64,000 nucleotides of DNA from an uncultured bacterium (GTDB taxonomy: Bacteria > Planctomycetota > UBA1135 > GCA-002686595). Within the stretch, counting starts at the first letter, position 1. Each line of letters opens with the position of its first letter. The notes beneath the pieces are model-generated. The model was not told where the DNA came from. It worked only from the letters and a program-made list of their open reading frames with translations, and ran no database searches. Positions 52,266-63,081 of this stretch are shown in pieces. The stretch covers positions 480,001 to 544,000 of the forward strand of contig CALSNU010000006.1 in NCBI GenBank assembly GCA_943787795.1. Reading direction: 5' to 3'. The position numbers were made by a program, and so were the translations under genes.

Positions 52266-53455
52266 ACGACCTCAAGCCCGTCCGTGAAGTTGGAGGTCGT
52301 GTTGCCGCCGACGGCGTCTCGGTGCCAGGCGGTGAAGTTCCAGGTCTCGCCGGCCTGGATCGACACGAGGCCCGTCGGGGTCGGCGTCCGGGTCAGGTCG
52401 AGCTGGAGCGAGAAGGTCCCGCTGCTGCCTGAGTTGAGGATCTCCCCCGGTCCAACGTAGCGGCCGATCGCGCCGCCGATGCAGAGGATGCCCTGGCTCC
52501 CGCCGGGGTTCGCGACGGCTCCCTGGGAGGTGCTGGTGAGGAAGAACCCGAAGGACGAGCTCGGCAGGCTAGAGGCCTCGAGTCGAAGGTTGTTCGAGCT
52601 CACGATGGCCGTTCCGATGCCGCCGATCGACCCGGCCGCACCGGTGGAGTTCACGTTGGCGGCGCAGTAGTTCGTCCCGACGCTCCCCGCCGCGACGCCC
52701 TTGCCGAACTCGATGTCATCGAACATCACCACGTCCCCGAAGTTGCCGCCTGCGGAGAGGCGGATCTCGTTGAACTTGAGGTCGACGATCGTCGTGTCAA
52801 GATCCGCTCCACCCGTCGGGTACGGCGTCGCGGGGTCGATCCACATCTGGACCCGCTCATCGCCGGGCAGGCAGTCAATCCGGTAGACGAGCCGCGCCGG
52901 CTGGGAGGCGTTGCTGCCGGTCACAAACTCGGGCGGACGCCCCGTGGCGCCCTCATCGTCGATGCCCCACTCGTCCTGGTCCCATCCGGACCCCAGAAGG
53001 AGAGCCTCGGGCAACGACTGACCGGCCTTCCAGAGGGAGAGCCCGCAGTACCCCTCGGTCGTGCCGCCGGCGTACTTCTCGATGCTGAAAGACACCCACA
53101 GCGTGGCGCCGTCTCGGCCCCACATGTTGGTCGCCGGGTCGAGCAGGTCCGGGTGAGCGGCGAGGTCAATCTGCCGGTAGGCCGAGTTCCATGTGGCCTG
53201 CTGCACCGCGTGCCCGCCCACCCCGTCACTCAAGACGAAGTTGGGCGCCACGGTGTTGTCCTGGGTGAGGTACGCGGCGTTCCCCGCACCATCGACGTAC
53301 CAGTTGTTGGACCAGCCGGTCCCGCCCGGCAGGGCGTGGAAGGTGGCTCCGATGGGGTACTCGAAGGTCTCGGTGCACACCGGCGTGACCTGGGCGGTGG
53401 CGGTGGCCGCGAGGAGGACCACACCGAGCGAGAAGGGCGTGAGGTTGCGTTGCAT
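52256..53455 (-). CDS. Secreted protein with a beta-sandwich-like N-domain and the shared C-terminal domain
   Basis: Signal peptide ending ATATAQ; ...FDDIEFG linker; GTNYC...LCIGGAIGR...GETWNFTAWHRD...SNFTDGLEVVF. Confidence 0.85.
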   Translation of the reverse strand: MQRNLTPFSLGVVLLAATATAQVTPVCTETFEYPIGATFHALPGGTGWSNNWYVDGAGNAAYLTQDNTVAPNFVLSDGVGGHAVQQATWNSAYRQIDLAAHPDLLDPATNMWGRDGATLWVSFSIEKYAGGTTEGYCGLSLWKAGQSLPEALLLGSGWDQDEWGIDDEGATGRPPEFVTGSNASQPARLVYRIDCLPGDERVQMWIDPATPYPTGGADLDTTIVDLKFNEIRLSAGGNFGDVVMFDDIEFGKGVAAGSVGTNYCAANVNSTGAAGSIGGIGTAIVSSNNLRLEASSLPSSSFGFFLTSTSQGAVANPGGSQGILCIGGAIGRYVGPGEILNSGSSGTFSLQLDLTRTPTPTGLVSIQAGETWNFTAWHRDAVGGNTTSNFTDGLEVVFL

Positions 53456-53565
53456 GGGAACGAAGGGTTGGGCGATGGGGAAGACTCCGGACGAAGGAAT
53501 ACCCCGCGCGCCCGCTCCACGCCAGCACGGGCAAATCCCGAGGCAGTTTGACGCGCCCGGATCTA

Positions 53566-53685
53566 CCGCAGTGAACACGGTGCTGCCGCTGTTAACACGG
53601 TGCTGCCGCAGTGAACACGGTGCCGCCGCGCTGAACCCGGTGCTCCCGCATCGAACCAAGCGCTCCCGCGCTGAAACTCCTGCCC
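53566..53685. repeat. 20-bp tandem array x6 with polar decay
   Basis: ccgcagtgaacacggtgctg / ccgctgttaacacggtgctg / ccgcagtgaacacggtgccg / ccgcgctgaacccggtgctc / ccgcatcgaaccaagcgctc / ccgcgctgaaactcctgccc. Confidence 0.88.
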
Positions 53686-53710
53686 GCGCGCCGCGGCCCA
53701 GACCCTGGCG

Positions 53711-55114
53711 CTACCCCAGGATCTCCCGCACCACCCGCGACTCCTCCACGCCGGTCAGGCGCTGATCGAGGCCGAGGTAGGGATAGGTGAAGCGCTCGTG
53801 GTCGATGCCGAGCTGGTGCAGGATGGTCGCGTTGAGGTCGTTCACGTGGACGCCGCCCTCCGCCACGTTGTAGGACCAGTCGTCGGTGGCGCCGTGGGTG
53901 ATGCCAGGCTTGATGCCCCCGCCGGCCATCCAGACCGTGAAGCAGCGGCCGTGGTGATCGCGGCCGCTCCCGGGGGCGCCGAGCTTGCCCTGGCTGTAGA
54001 CGGTGCGGCCGAACTCCCCGCCCCACACGACCAGGGTGTCCTCCAGCAGGCCGAGCCGGGCGAGGTCCGAGACCAGGGCGGCGCTGGGCTGGTCGGTGTC
54101 CATGGACTGCGCCCGCAGCTCCCGGTCCAGGTTGAGGTGCTGGTCCCAGCCCCGGTGGAAGAGCTGCACCATGCGCACCCCGCGCTCGAGCATGCGGCGC
54201 GCGAGCAGGCAGTTGGCGGCGTAGGTGCCCGGCTTGCGCGCGTCCGGGCCATAGAGCTCGAAGACCTCCTCAGGCTCGTTGGAGAGGTCGGTGAGGTCCG
54301 GGACCGAGGTCTGCATCCGGAAGGCCATCTCGTACTGATCGATGCGCGTGCGCGCCTCGGGATCCCCCGTGGCGTCCGCGTGCCGCCCGTTGAGCTTCGC
54401 GAGGTCATCCAAGAGCGCGCGGCGAGAGGCGGCGTCCACCCCCGGCGGGTTTTGCAGGTACAGGACCGGGTTGGCGCCAGGGCGCAGCTGCACGCCCTGG
54501 TGGGACGGCGGGAGGAAGCCCGAGCCCCACAGGCGAGAGAAGAGGGGCTGGCCGGGGTCCTTGCCCGTGCCCTGGGAGAGGAGCACCAGGTACGCCGGCA
54601 GGTCCCGGTTCTCGCTCCCCAGCCCGTAGCTGAGCCATGAGCCCAGGCTCGCCTTGCCCGGCTGCATGGCGCCCGTGTTGATCGTGGTGATCGCGGGGTC
54701 GTGGTTGATCGCCTCGGTGTGCACCCCCTTGAGGAAGCACAGCTTGTCCGCGATGCGCGCCGTCCACGGCATCAGCTCGCTGACCCAGGCGCCGCTCTCC
54801 CCGTGCTGCTTGAACTCGTAGGGCGGCGCCAGCACCGGGAAGCTCTTCTGCCCGGCGGTCATCCCCGTCACGCGCTGCCCGCCGCGGACGGACTCGGGGA
54901 GCTCCTGGCCGTGGAGCTCGCGCATGACCGGCTTGTAGTCGAACAGGTCGATGTGCGACGGCCCGCCGGACTGGAACAGGTACACCACGCGCTTGGCCTT
55001 GGGGGCGAAGTGCGGGAGCGCCGACTCGTCGCCGCCCAGCAGGCGTGAGAGCGCCAGGGCTCCCAGGCTCCCGGCGGACTGTCCGAGGAACGCGCGTCGG
55101 GTGAGCTCGATCAT
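53711..55114 (-). CDS. DUF1501 domain protein (Tat signal)
   Basis: [56 protein letters not shown]. Confidence 0.93.
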   Translation of the reverse strand: MIELTRRAFLGQSAGSLGALALSRLLGGDESALPHFAPKAKRVVYLFQSGGPSHIDLFDYKPVMRELHGQELPESVRGGQRVTGMTAGQKSFPVLAPPYEFKQHGESGAWVSELMPWTARIADKLCFLKGVHTEAINHDPAITTINTGAMQPGKASLGSWLSYGLGSENRDLPAYLVLLSQGTGKDPGQPLFSRLWGSGFLPPSHQGVQLRPGANPVLYLQNPPGVDAASRRALLDDLAKLNGRHADATGDPEARTRIDQYEMAFRMQTSVPDLTDLSNEPEEVFELYGPDARKPGTYAANCLLARRMLERGVRMVQLFHRGWDQHLNLDRELRAQSMDTDQPSAALVSDLARLGLLEDTLVVWGGEFGRTVYSQGKLGAPGSGRDHHGRCFTVWMAGGGIKPGITHGATDDWSYNVAEGGVHVNDLNATILHQLGIDHERFTYPYLGLDQRLTGVEESRVVREILG

Positions 55115-58062
55115 CCCCGCGTCACCGTCTCGCTCAGGTTGAGGACGAGCCCCGCGGCCAGGGTCCAGGCCGCGTGCTCGGCCGCCTCGAGGCTCGCGTC
55201 GCGCGGCGACTCCCCCACGGAGATCAGCGCCTCGGCGTCCTCGGGGTGGGCCCCGAAGCGGGCCCGCTCCCGGGTGAGCAGCGACCCCACGATCCTCTGC
55301 TCTTCGCCGTCGGGTTCGCGCCCCACGGTGACCAGGTAGAGGTGGCGGATCTTCGCCGCGTCCGTCGCGCCGCCCTCGAGCAGCACGCGCTGCGCCAGGG
55401 CTCGCGCCGCCTCCACGAAGCCCGTCTCGTTCAGCAGGACGAGCGCCTGCAGCGGCGTGTTCGTCCGCGATCGCCGCACCACGCAGACCTCCCGGCTGGG
55501 CGCGTCGAAGGCTGCCAGGATGGGCGGCGGGACGGTTCGCTTCCAGATGGTGTACATGCCGCGCCGGTAGAGGCCCTCGCCGTGATCCTGGACGTAGACC
55601 TGCTCGGTCGCGGGGGTGCTGCCGAAGTGGCTCATCTCACGCCAGAGGCCATCGGGCTGATAGGGGCGGCCGCTGGCGCCGCCGATGCGCGGCGAGAGGA
55701 GCCCGCTCGCCGAGAGGGCGACGTCCCGGATGAGCTCGGCCTGGAGGCGGAAGCGTGGGCCCCGCGCCAGGAGGCGGTTGGCGGGATCTCGCTCGAAGAG
55801 GCCCGGAGAGACCGCCGCATCCTGGCGATACGTGTCGGAGAGGACCATTTGCCTCAGCATCGCCTTCACGTCCCAGCCGCTCTCCACGAACTCCACCGCG
55901 AGCCAATCGAGGAGCTCGGGGTGACTCGGCAGGGAGCCCCGCACGCCGAAGTCCTCCGGGGTCTCCACCAGGCCGGTCCCGAACAGGAGCTGCCAGTAGG
56001 AGTTCACCGCCACGCGAGCGGTCAGCGGATGGTCGGGCCGCACCAGCCAGCGGGCGAGGCCCAGGCGGTCCGGGGCGGCCCCGGCGTCCATGGGCGGGAG
56101 GATCGCCGGGGTCCCGGGCTGGACCTCGTCCCCCTTCTGGTCGTAGACGCCGCGCATCAGGACGTGCGCCGGGCGCCGCATGCTGCGCTCCTCCATGACC
56201 ATGGCGGTGGTCATGGGCTGCGCCTCGATGGCCGACCGCTGCTGGCCGAGCGCGGCGAGCTCCGCACGCAGGCCGTCCCGGGCGGGGTCGATGGAGCGGT
56301 GGTACTCCGCGAGCAGCGCCTGCTGCTCCGCCGACCGAGCACCAGCGCCCGCGGCGATGGCCGCCTGGACGTCGGCCGGCGGTCCGCTCGCCCGGAGGGC
56401 GAAGAAGACCCCGCCGGGGCCGCCGTAGTTGACGATCTTGACCAGCAGCTCGTTGGCGCCCGGGCGCGCCACCACGGTGATCGCCTCCTGATAGGGCTGG
56501 ACGCCGCGGCGGACGTTGGCGTCGAGCACCAGCGCGCCGTTCCACCACACGCGGATGGAGTCGTCGCTCCCGAAGGCGAGCTCCAGGGGTCCGGCGTCGG
56601 CGCACTCGAAGCTGCGGCGCAGGTAGGTGGCGGCGTTGGTGGCCGGCAGGGCGTGCGGCACCCCGTCCACAAGGTCCGGACGCTGGACCCACTCCACCTC
56701 TCCCGGAGCGGCGGCCGCCGACGCGCCCGTCGGCTCGGGACCGAAGTTCGTCTGGAAGGCGGCGTCGCCCGATCCAGCGACGAACGGCCCGGCCACATCC
56801 CACGGCGTCAGCACAGGCGCCGCTCGCTCTGCGTCGCGCCGGGACTCGCCCTCGATCCAGTCGCGCAGGCGCGCCGCCGCCTCGGGCGTCTCCGCCTCGA
56901 GCGCGGACCGGACCCGCCCCTGCTCCGCCTCGAGGCTGGCGAGCCGCTGCCCCTGCTCCTCCGAGAAGACCGGGATGAAGGGCACGGAGTTCTTCCCGCC
57001 GTCTCCGTCGTTGCCACGGTCGGTGATCGAGTTGAAGTAGGCGAAGAACTGGTAGTACTCGCGCTGCGAGATCGGGTCGTACTTATGGTCGTGGCAGCGG
57101 GCGCAGCCCATGGTCAGCCCGAGCCACGCCTGGGAGGTCGTAGCCACCCGGTCCGCGGCGTACTCCACGAGGTACTCCTCCTCGATGGTCCCGCCCTCAT
57201 GGGTGTTCATGTGGTTGCGGTTGAACCCCGACGCGATCCGCGACGAGTCCGTCGCGTCCGGCAGCAGGTCCCCGGCGAGCTGTTCGACGGTGAACTGATC
57301 GAAGGGCATGTTCGCGTTGAACGCGTCGATCACCCAGTCGCGCCAGGCCCACATATGGCGGCCCCCGTCGATGGAGTAACCGTTGGTGTCCGCGTAGCGC
57401 GCCACGTCCAGCCACTGGAGGGCCATCCGCTCGCCGAAGCGTGGCGACGCGAGCAGCCGATCGACGACCGTGGCGTAGGCGTCGGGGGAGTCGTCCGCGA
57501 GGAACGCGTGGATCTCCTCCGGCGTAGGCGGAAGCCCGGTCAGGTCGAGGGTCACCCGCCGGAGGAGCGTGTGCCCGTCGGCCTCCGCCGCCGGCTCCAG
57601 CCCCGCGGACTCCAGCTGACGTTGGACGAGGGCGTCGATAGCCCCGGCGGCGTCCCCGCCGACAGCCGCATCAGGGCCCTCGTTGCGCTCCGGTGCACGG
57701 AACGCCCAGTGCTCACCCCAGGGCGCACCCGCCGCGACCCAGCGCTCGAGGATGCGGACCTCGTCCTCACTCAGCGGGGGCTCGCCCTCGGGCGGCATCG
57801 CGTCGAAGAACTCGTCCCCGCCGTGAACCCGCGCGAGCAGCTCGCTCTCCCCGGGCGCCGCGCGATCGACCACCGCGTAGCCGCCACGATCTCGGACCGC
57901 GTCGTCCTCGAGGTCAAGCCGCAGGCCGCCCTCGCGCGCCGCGGCGTCAGGCCCATGGCACTCGAAGCAATGCTCGGCGAGGACAGGCCGGACGTCACGC
58001 GAGAAGTCCACCTCCGGCAGCGGAGCGGCGGACACCTGGAGGAGGCTGGCGAGGAGTAACAT
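55111..58062 (-). CDS. PSD1 and planctomycete cytochrome c domain protein (DUF1549/DUF1553) with a PA14-like insert
   Basis: CFECH and [11 protein letters not shown] heme motifs, [47 protein letters not shown] insert. Confidence 0.93.
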   Translation of the reverse strand: MLLLASLLQVSAAPLPEVDFSRDVRPVLAEHCFECHGPDAAAREGGLRLDLEDDAVRDRGGYAVVDRAAPGESELLARVHGGDEFFDAMPPEGEPPLSEDEVRILERWVAAGAPWGEHWAFRAPERNEGPDAAVGGDAAGAIDALVQRQLESAGLEPAAEADGHTLLRRVTLDLTGLPPTPEEIHAFLADDSPDAYATVVDRLLASPRFGERMALQWLDVARYADTNGYSIDGGRHMWAWRDWVIDAFNANMPFDQFTVEQLAGDLLPDATDSSRIASGFNRNHMNTHEGGTIEEEYLVEYAADRVATTSQAWLGLTMGCARCHDHKYDPISQREYYQFFAYFNSITDRGNDGDGGKNSVPFIPVFSEEQGQRLASLEAEQGRVRSALEAETPEAAARLRDWIEGESRRDAERAAPVLTPWDVAGPFVAGSGDAAFQTNFGPEPTGASAAAAPGEVEWVQRPDLVDGVPHALPATNAATYLRRSFECADAGPLELAFGSDDSIRVWWNGALVLDANVRRGVQPYQEAITVVARPGANELLVKIVNYGGPGGVFFALRASGPPADVQAAIAAGAGARSAEQQALLAEYHRSIDPARDGLRAELAALGQQRSAIEAQPMTTAMVMEERSMRRPAHVLMRGVYDQKGDEVQPGTPAILPPMDAGAAPDRLGLARWLVRPDHPLTARVAVNSYWQLLFGTGLVETPEDFGVRGSLPSHPELLDWLAVEFVESGWDVKAMLRQMVLSDTYRQDAAVSPGLFERDPANRLLARGPRFRLQAELIRDVALSASGLLSPRIGGASGRPYQPDGLWREMSHFGSTPATEQVYVQDHGEGLYRRGMYTIWKRTVPPPILAAFDAPSREVCVVRRSRTNTPLQALVLLNETGFVEAARALAQRVLLEGGATDAAKIRHLYLVTVGREPDGEEQRIVGSLLTRERARFGAHPEDAEALISVGESPRDASLEAAEHAAWTLAAGLVLNLSETVTRG

Positions 58063-58331
58063 CCCGGACAAAGTACCAAGGCCGTCGCGATTCCCCATGG
58101 CGCTCCTGTTTCGAGATCTACACCTTGATTCGAAGCGGGAAGAGCAGAGGTGACGGACCGCGCCCTCCGGGCTGGACTCGAACGCCCACCGATTCGAGGA
58201 TTGCCGCTTGGGGCCACCGGCGAGCGCCACTTAGCGTTGCAGCGCAAAGCTTCACGCCACAGCGGCCCTTCTCCGCTCCGACGCAGCGCTCCTGGCACAG
58301 CGTTCCAGGCACAGCGCTTCCGCTCACCGCC

Positions 58332-58757
58332 ATGCCCAACCTGACCGCGTCACCTCGAGCCCTGGCCCACCGGGTCGCCGGGCTCACCCTCACCCTCACC
58401 CTGGCCGGGTGCGCCGAGGCCCCGGAGATTGAGGTCCTCCAGGCGGAGGTCAGCCCCGACGGGACCAAGGTCGCCACGAGCTTCTACTGCCAGGGGGGAG
58501 GCGCTGCGGGCTACAGCTTCCACAACGTGACCCTGACGCCCGTTGACGAGGCCGTGGATCCCTTCGACGGGCTCCTCGGCAAGCACAAGTCCTGGAACAC
58601 CTTCGTGGGTATCGGGGTCATCTGGCTCGATGACGAGAACCTTGAGGTGACCTTCTCCGCGCACGGTGACGACGCCGAGCAGCTGTCCACCCGGGTCGCC
58701 ACGAGCCTTGGGGTGGACCTTCACTACGTGTTCCGATCGGGCTCGACCTCGAAGTGA
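58332..58757 (+). CDS. Hypothetical lipoprotein
   Basis: Lipobox LAGC; SPDGTKVA...GGGAAG...VIWLDDENLEV. Confidence 0.72.
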   Translation: MPNLTASPRALAHRVAGLTLTLTLAGCAEAPEIEVLQAEVSPDGTKVATSFYCQGGGAAGYSFHNVTLTPVDEAVDPFDGLLGKHKSWNTFVGIGVIWLDDENLEVTFSAHGDDAEQLSTRVATSLGVDLHYVFRSGSTSK

Positions 58758-58872
58758 GCTTGACCCTGGGGTGAGCCGGGCCCGGGGTTGAGCTGAGCCC
58801 TGGAGCGAGCTGGGCCCTGGAGCGAGCTGGGCCCTGGAGCGAGCTGGGCCCTGGAGCGAGCTGGGCCCTGGA
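58755..58872. repeat. 17-bp tandem array x7 starting at the lipoprotein stop codon
   Basis: gagcttgaccctggggt / gagccgggcccggggtt / gagctgagccctggagc / gagctgggccctggagc x3.9. Confidence 0.9.
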
Positions 58873-59037
58873 ATGGGCGAGCCCGTCGCGGCGGCGCCCC
58901 CTGCCAGGGCAAGGACTGCAGCCGAGGCCCGGACCGAGCGGTCGGTGGCAGCCGAGCGGTCCGTCGGTCCGGGGCCCGTGAGCAGATTCCGAGCTGGCGC
59001 CTATGATCGGGAGCGTGACGCCCATCGGCGTCTCACC

Positions 59038-62000
59038 ATGCTCGCCCCCGCCGCCCTCCTCATCCTCCTCCAGGCGGCCCTCCCCGTTCAGGGCCGGCAG
59101 GCTGCTGCCGATCAGGCGGAGTTCTTCGAGAGCCGGATCCGACCCGTGCTGGTCGAGCACTGCTACGCCTGCCACAGCAGCTCGGGTGAGGCCAAGGGTG
59201 GCGTCCGCCTCGACCATCGTGCGGCCATGCTGGAGGAGTCCCTCTTCGGCCCCATCGTGAGCCCGGGCGATCCCGGCGAGAGCGTGCTCCTCCAGGTCAT
59301 GCGCCACGAGCTCGAGGGGCTCGAGATGCCCGAGGGTGGGGCGCGACTCGACGACCAGGTCCTGGCCGACTTCGAGGCGTGGATCCTCGCCGGCGCCGCG
59401 GACCCGCGGGACGAGCCCCCGGGCGCGGCCGAGGTGGAGGCCCTGCTGTCCTGGGAGGCGCGCCTCGCGCGGCGCATGGACTGGTGGAGCCTGCGGCCCG
59501 TGGAGGACCCGTCCCCCCCGGAGGTGGAAGGCACAGATCACCCGGTCGATCGCTTCATCGGGGCGCGGCTCGGCGAGCAGGGGCTCCAGCCCGCCGGCCC
59601 CGCCACCCGGCGCGAGCTCCATCGGCGCCTCACCCATGTCCTCACCGGCCTCCCCCCGTCACCCGAGGAGCTCCGGCGCTTCGAGGCCGACCCGCGGCCC
59701 GACGCCTACGAGCGCCTCGTGGACCGCCTGCTCGCCTCCCCCCACTTCGGCGAGCGCTGGGCGCGGCACTGGATGGACGTCGTCCGCTACGCCGACTCCC
59801 ACGGCTCCGAGGGGGACCCGCAGATCCCCTTCGCGTATCGCTACCGCGACTACCTGATCCGCGCCTTCAACGAGGACCTCCCCTACGACCGCTTCGTCCG
59901 GGAGCACGTGGCGGGCGACCTGCTCGAGCCCCGCCTGGATGCGGAGGGGCGCCTGAACGAGTCGATCCTCGCCACCGCCCACTGGCGGCTCGTCTACCAC
60001 GGCTACCTGCCCACCGATCCCCTGGACGAGAAGGTCCGCTTCGTCGACGACCAGATCAACGTCCTCGGGAAGGCCTTCCAGGCCCAGACCATCTCCTGCG
60101 CGCGCTGCCACGACCACAAGTTCGACGCCATCAGCCAGGCGGACTACACGGCGCTGTTCGGCGTGCTCGCGTCGTGCCGCCCCGGCATCGTCGACGCCAA
60201 CGCCGATGCGCTGAGCCATGGGGTCGAGCTCGAGCTACAGACGATCCAAGGCGGGCTCCGCGGCGCCCTCGCCGAGGACTGGCTGGCCGCCTTGCTGGAG
60301 GCATCGTCCCTGGAGCGGCTCGAGCAAGCCACCGGGGGGGAGCTCGAAGGAGACTACCCCCTCGACGCGCTCGGGCGGGCCGCGTCGGACCCCGAGTGGC
60401 GCCGCGGCGCCGTCGGGGCGGGGAAGGTCGACGCCGGGGAGGACGACACCGCACAGGTCGACACCGCGGAGGTCGGGGCCAGGGAGGCCGGGGCCGGGGA
60501 GATCGCCAACGCGGAGCGGTGGAATCTGACGGACCCGGAGGAGGCGGAGCGCTGGTTCAGCCACGGACCCGGCCTCGAGGCCGGACCCGTCCGCGCCGGA
60601 CGCTTCACCGTCGCGGTCGAGGGACCCAGAGCCCTCACCGGGGTCTATCCCGCCGGCCTCTACACCCACCTCACGTCGACCCGCCAGCGAGGGGTGCTGC
60701 AATCCCGCCGCGTCGACCTCGGGGAGGACCTCGCGGTCTGGGGCCTCGTCGCCGGCGAGGGCGCCCGGTTCCGCCACGTCGTCCAGGACTATCCGCGCCA
60801 GGGCACCGTCTACCAGACCGCCGGGATCGGCGGCGGGGGCTGGGACTGGAAGCGGCTCGACCTCGCCTACTGGGCGGGCGACTCGATCCACCTCGAGCTC
60901 GTGACGGGCCAGGACGCCCCCGTGGAGACCACCGGCGGCGACCGCAGCTGGTTCGGGGTACGCGAGGTCGCGCTGCTCCCGCGCGGGGAGGAGCCCGCGC
61001 GCGACCCCGACCCCGCGGAGACGCTGTTGCGGCTCATGGCGTCCACTGGAAAGGACGCGTCCCCAGCCGCTGCCGCCCGTGAGGCCCTGCGCGGCGTCTT
61101 GCGGCGCTGGGAGGCCTACGAGTCGTCCGACGCCGAGGCGCTGCTCCTCGACGCGTGCCTGCGCCACGGGGTGCTCCCCAACGAATTGGACGCCCTCTCG
61201 AAGTCGGCGCCCCTCATCGAGCGCTACCGCGCGCTCGAGGCCGATGTCCCCGTCCCCACCCGCGTCCCCGGACTTCTCGAGGCGGACGCCGCGGACTGGC
61301 CGCTCTTCGAGCGCGGCGACCACCGCCGCCCGGCGGGCCCGGTGCCCCGGCGCTTCCTCGAGGCTATCGACCCCACCCCGTTCGACGCCCGGGGCAGCGG
61401 ACGGCTCCAGCTCGCAGACGCCCTCGTGGCCCCCTCGAACCCGCTCACCGCGCGGGTCATGGCGAACCGCGTGTGGCACCACCTGCTGGGCCGCGGCCTG
61501 GTCGCCACGCCGGACAACTTTGGTCGCCTCGGCGCGCGCCCCACCCACCCGCGGCTCCTCGACCACCTGGCCAGCGAGTTCGTGCGCGGCGGCTGGTCCG
61601 TGAAGGGGCTCATCCGGCACGTGGTCACCTCCGAGACGTTCATGCGGTCAGCGGACGCCGCGGGGGAGGCCCTGGAGCGGGACCCGGACAACACCCTGCT
61701 ATCCCACGCCTCGGTCCGCCGCATGGACGCGGAGTCCATCCGCGACGCCATGGTCGAGGTGGCGGGCGCCATGGACGGGCGCATGTTCGGCCCCCCGGCA
61801 GGCACAGGGCCCGGCACCACCCGGCGCAGCGTCTACGTGCGCGCCCAGCGCAACCGGATGGACCCCTTCCTGGTCGCCTTCGACGCGCCGGTGCCCTTCG
61901 CACCGGTGGGCGCCCGACCCGCGACCACGGTCCCCGCCCAGTCCCTCACGCTGCTGAACGACCCGCTCACGTGGACCCTCGCCGGGCGCTGGGCGGAGCG

Positions 62001-63081
62001 CGCTCGAGGGGCCGATGGCTCGGACGCGGAGCGCCTGTCCGGAATGTGGGAGGCCGCCCTCGGCCGCCCACCGGGGGACGGCGAGCGCGAGCTGCTCCTG
62101 CGGCACCTGGCGGCGTGCGCGGACGAGGAGCGCGAGACCGCCGGGCAACGGGCGCGACTGGAGGGGGACGTCGCCGCCGCGCGGGCCTCCGTCGAGCGCC
62201 TGCTGGGCCGGGCGCGCGCGGCGCTGGAGGCGCGCGCGGTCACCGCCGACGGCGGCGAGGTCAGCGAGGTTCGCGGACCGGAGGCCATCGCCGCCTGGGA
62301 CTTCACCCGGGGGCCCGAGCCCCTGGAGGCGCCCCCTCGGCTCACCCTGCACGGCACCGCGCGGCTCGAGGGTCGAGGCCTGATCCTCGACGGGGAAGGC
62401 CACGCCTCCACCGGGGGGATCGACCTCCCGCTCGGGCCGCGTACCCTCGCCGCGTGGGTGCAGCTCGACGACCTCGGGCAGCGCGGCGGCGGCGTGGTCT
62501 CGGTCCAGAACCGCGACGGCGGCCAGTTCGACGCCCTGGTCTTCGGGGAGCGCAGGGCCCGCCGCTGGGTCCCCGGCTCGGACAACTTCAAGCGCACCGC
62601 GGACCTCGACGGCGAGGACGAGAGCGGCGGCGCGGACCCCGTCCATCTGGTGCTCAGCTACGCCGACGACGGGACGGTCACCGCCTACCGCAACGGCTCC
62701 CTGCTCGGCCACCCGATCCGCACGGCCCCCCTCGCCGAGTACCGCGCGGGGGACTGGAACATCCTGCTCGGCCTGCGCCACGGCGCGCCCGCGGCGAGCC
62801 GCCTCTTCCGGGGCACGGTGCTCCGCGCGGCGGTCCACGGGCACGCGTTCTCCGCGGAGGACGCCCTGGCTGCCTTCGAGGGCCGCGCGCCCGTCCTGCG
62901 AGAGGACCTCATCGCGGCCCTGTCGCCGGCCGAGCAGACCCAGCTGCTCGATGCAGAGGACCGGCTCGCGAAGGGCCGCGCCGCCCTCGATGCCCTCGGC
63001 CCTCCCAGCGGGCGGGACGAGCCCTGGACCCGCGTCGCCCACGCGCTCTTCAACCTGAAGGAGTTCATCCATGTCCGCTGA
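59038..63081 (+). CDS. PSD1 and planctomycete cytochrome c domain protein with a C-terminal LamG-like domain
   Basis: [61 protein letters not shown]...HLVLSY...YRNG LamG-like. Confidence 0.93.
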   Translation: MLAPAALLILLQAALPVQGRQAAADQAEFFESRIRPVLVEHCYACHSSSGEAKGGVRLDHRAAMLEESLFGPIVSPGDPGESVLLQVMRHELEGLEMPEGGARLDDQVLADFEAWILAGAADPRDEPPGAAEVEALLSWEARLARRMDWWSLRPVEDPSPPEVEGTDHPVDRFIGARLGEQGLQPAGPATRRELHRRLTHVLTGLPPSPEELRRFEADPRPDAYERLVDRLLASPHFGERWARHWMDVVRYADSHGSEGDPQIPFAYRYRDYLIRAFNEDLPYDRFVREHVAGDLLEPRLDAEGRLNESILATAHWRLVYHGYLPTDPLDEKVRFVDDQINVLGKAFQAQTISCARCHDHKFDAISQADYTALFGVLASCRPGIVDANADALSHGVELELQTIQGGLRGALAEDWLAALLEASSLERLEQATGGELEGDYPLDALGRAASDPEWRRGAVGAGKVDAGEDDTAQVDTAEVGAREAGAGEIANAERWNLTDPEEAERWFSHGPGLEAGPVRAGRFTVAVEGPRALTGVYPAGLYTHLTSTRQRGVLQSRRVDLGEDLAVWGLVAGEGARFRHVVQDYPRQGTVYQTAGIGGGGWDWKRLDLAYWAGDSIHLELVTGQDAPVETTGGDRSWFGVREVALLPRGEEPARDPDPAETLLRLMASTGKDASPAAAAREALRGVLRRWEAYESSDAEALLLDACLRHGVLPNELDALSKSAPLIERYRALEADVPVPTRVPGLLEADAADWPLFERGDHRRPAGPVPRRFLEAIDPTPFDARGSGRLQLADALVAPSNPLTARVMANRVWHHLLGRGLVATPDNFGRLGARPTHPRLLDHLASEFVRGGWSVKGLIRHVVTSETFMRSADAAGEALERDPDNTLLSHASVRRMDAESIRDAMVEVAGAMDGRMFGPPAGTGPGTTRRSVYVRAQRNRMDPFLVAFDAPVPFAPVGARPATTVPAQSLTLLNDPLTWTLAGRWAERARGADGSDAERLSGMWEAALGRPPGDGERELLLRHLAACADEERETAGQRARLEGDVAAARASVERLLGRARAALEARAVTADGGEVSEVRGPEAIAAWDFTRGPEPLEAPPRLTLHGTARLEGRGLILDGEGHASTGGIDLPLGPRTLAAWVQLDDLGQRGGGVVSVQNRDGGQFDALVFGERRARRWVPGSDNFKRTADLDGEDESGGADPVHLVLSYADDGTVTAYRNGSLLGHPIRTAPLAEYRAGDWNILLGLRHGAPAASRLFRGTVLRAAVHGHAFSAEDALAAFEGRAPVLREDLIAALSPAEQTQLLDAEDRLAKGRAALDALGPPSGRDEPWTRVAHALFNLKEFIHVR

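Noticed and set aside
53566..58872. 20-bp and 17-bp arrays as CRISPR arrays
   Set aside because: Units are head-to-tail with no unique spacers, are too short, and there are no cas genes in the window.
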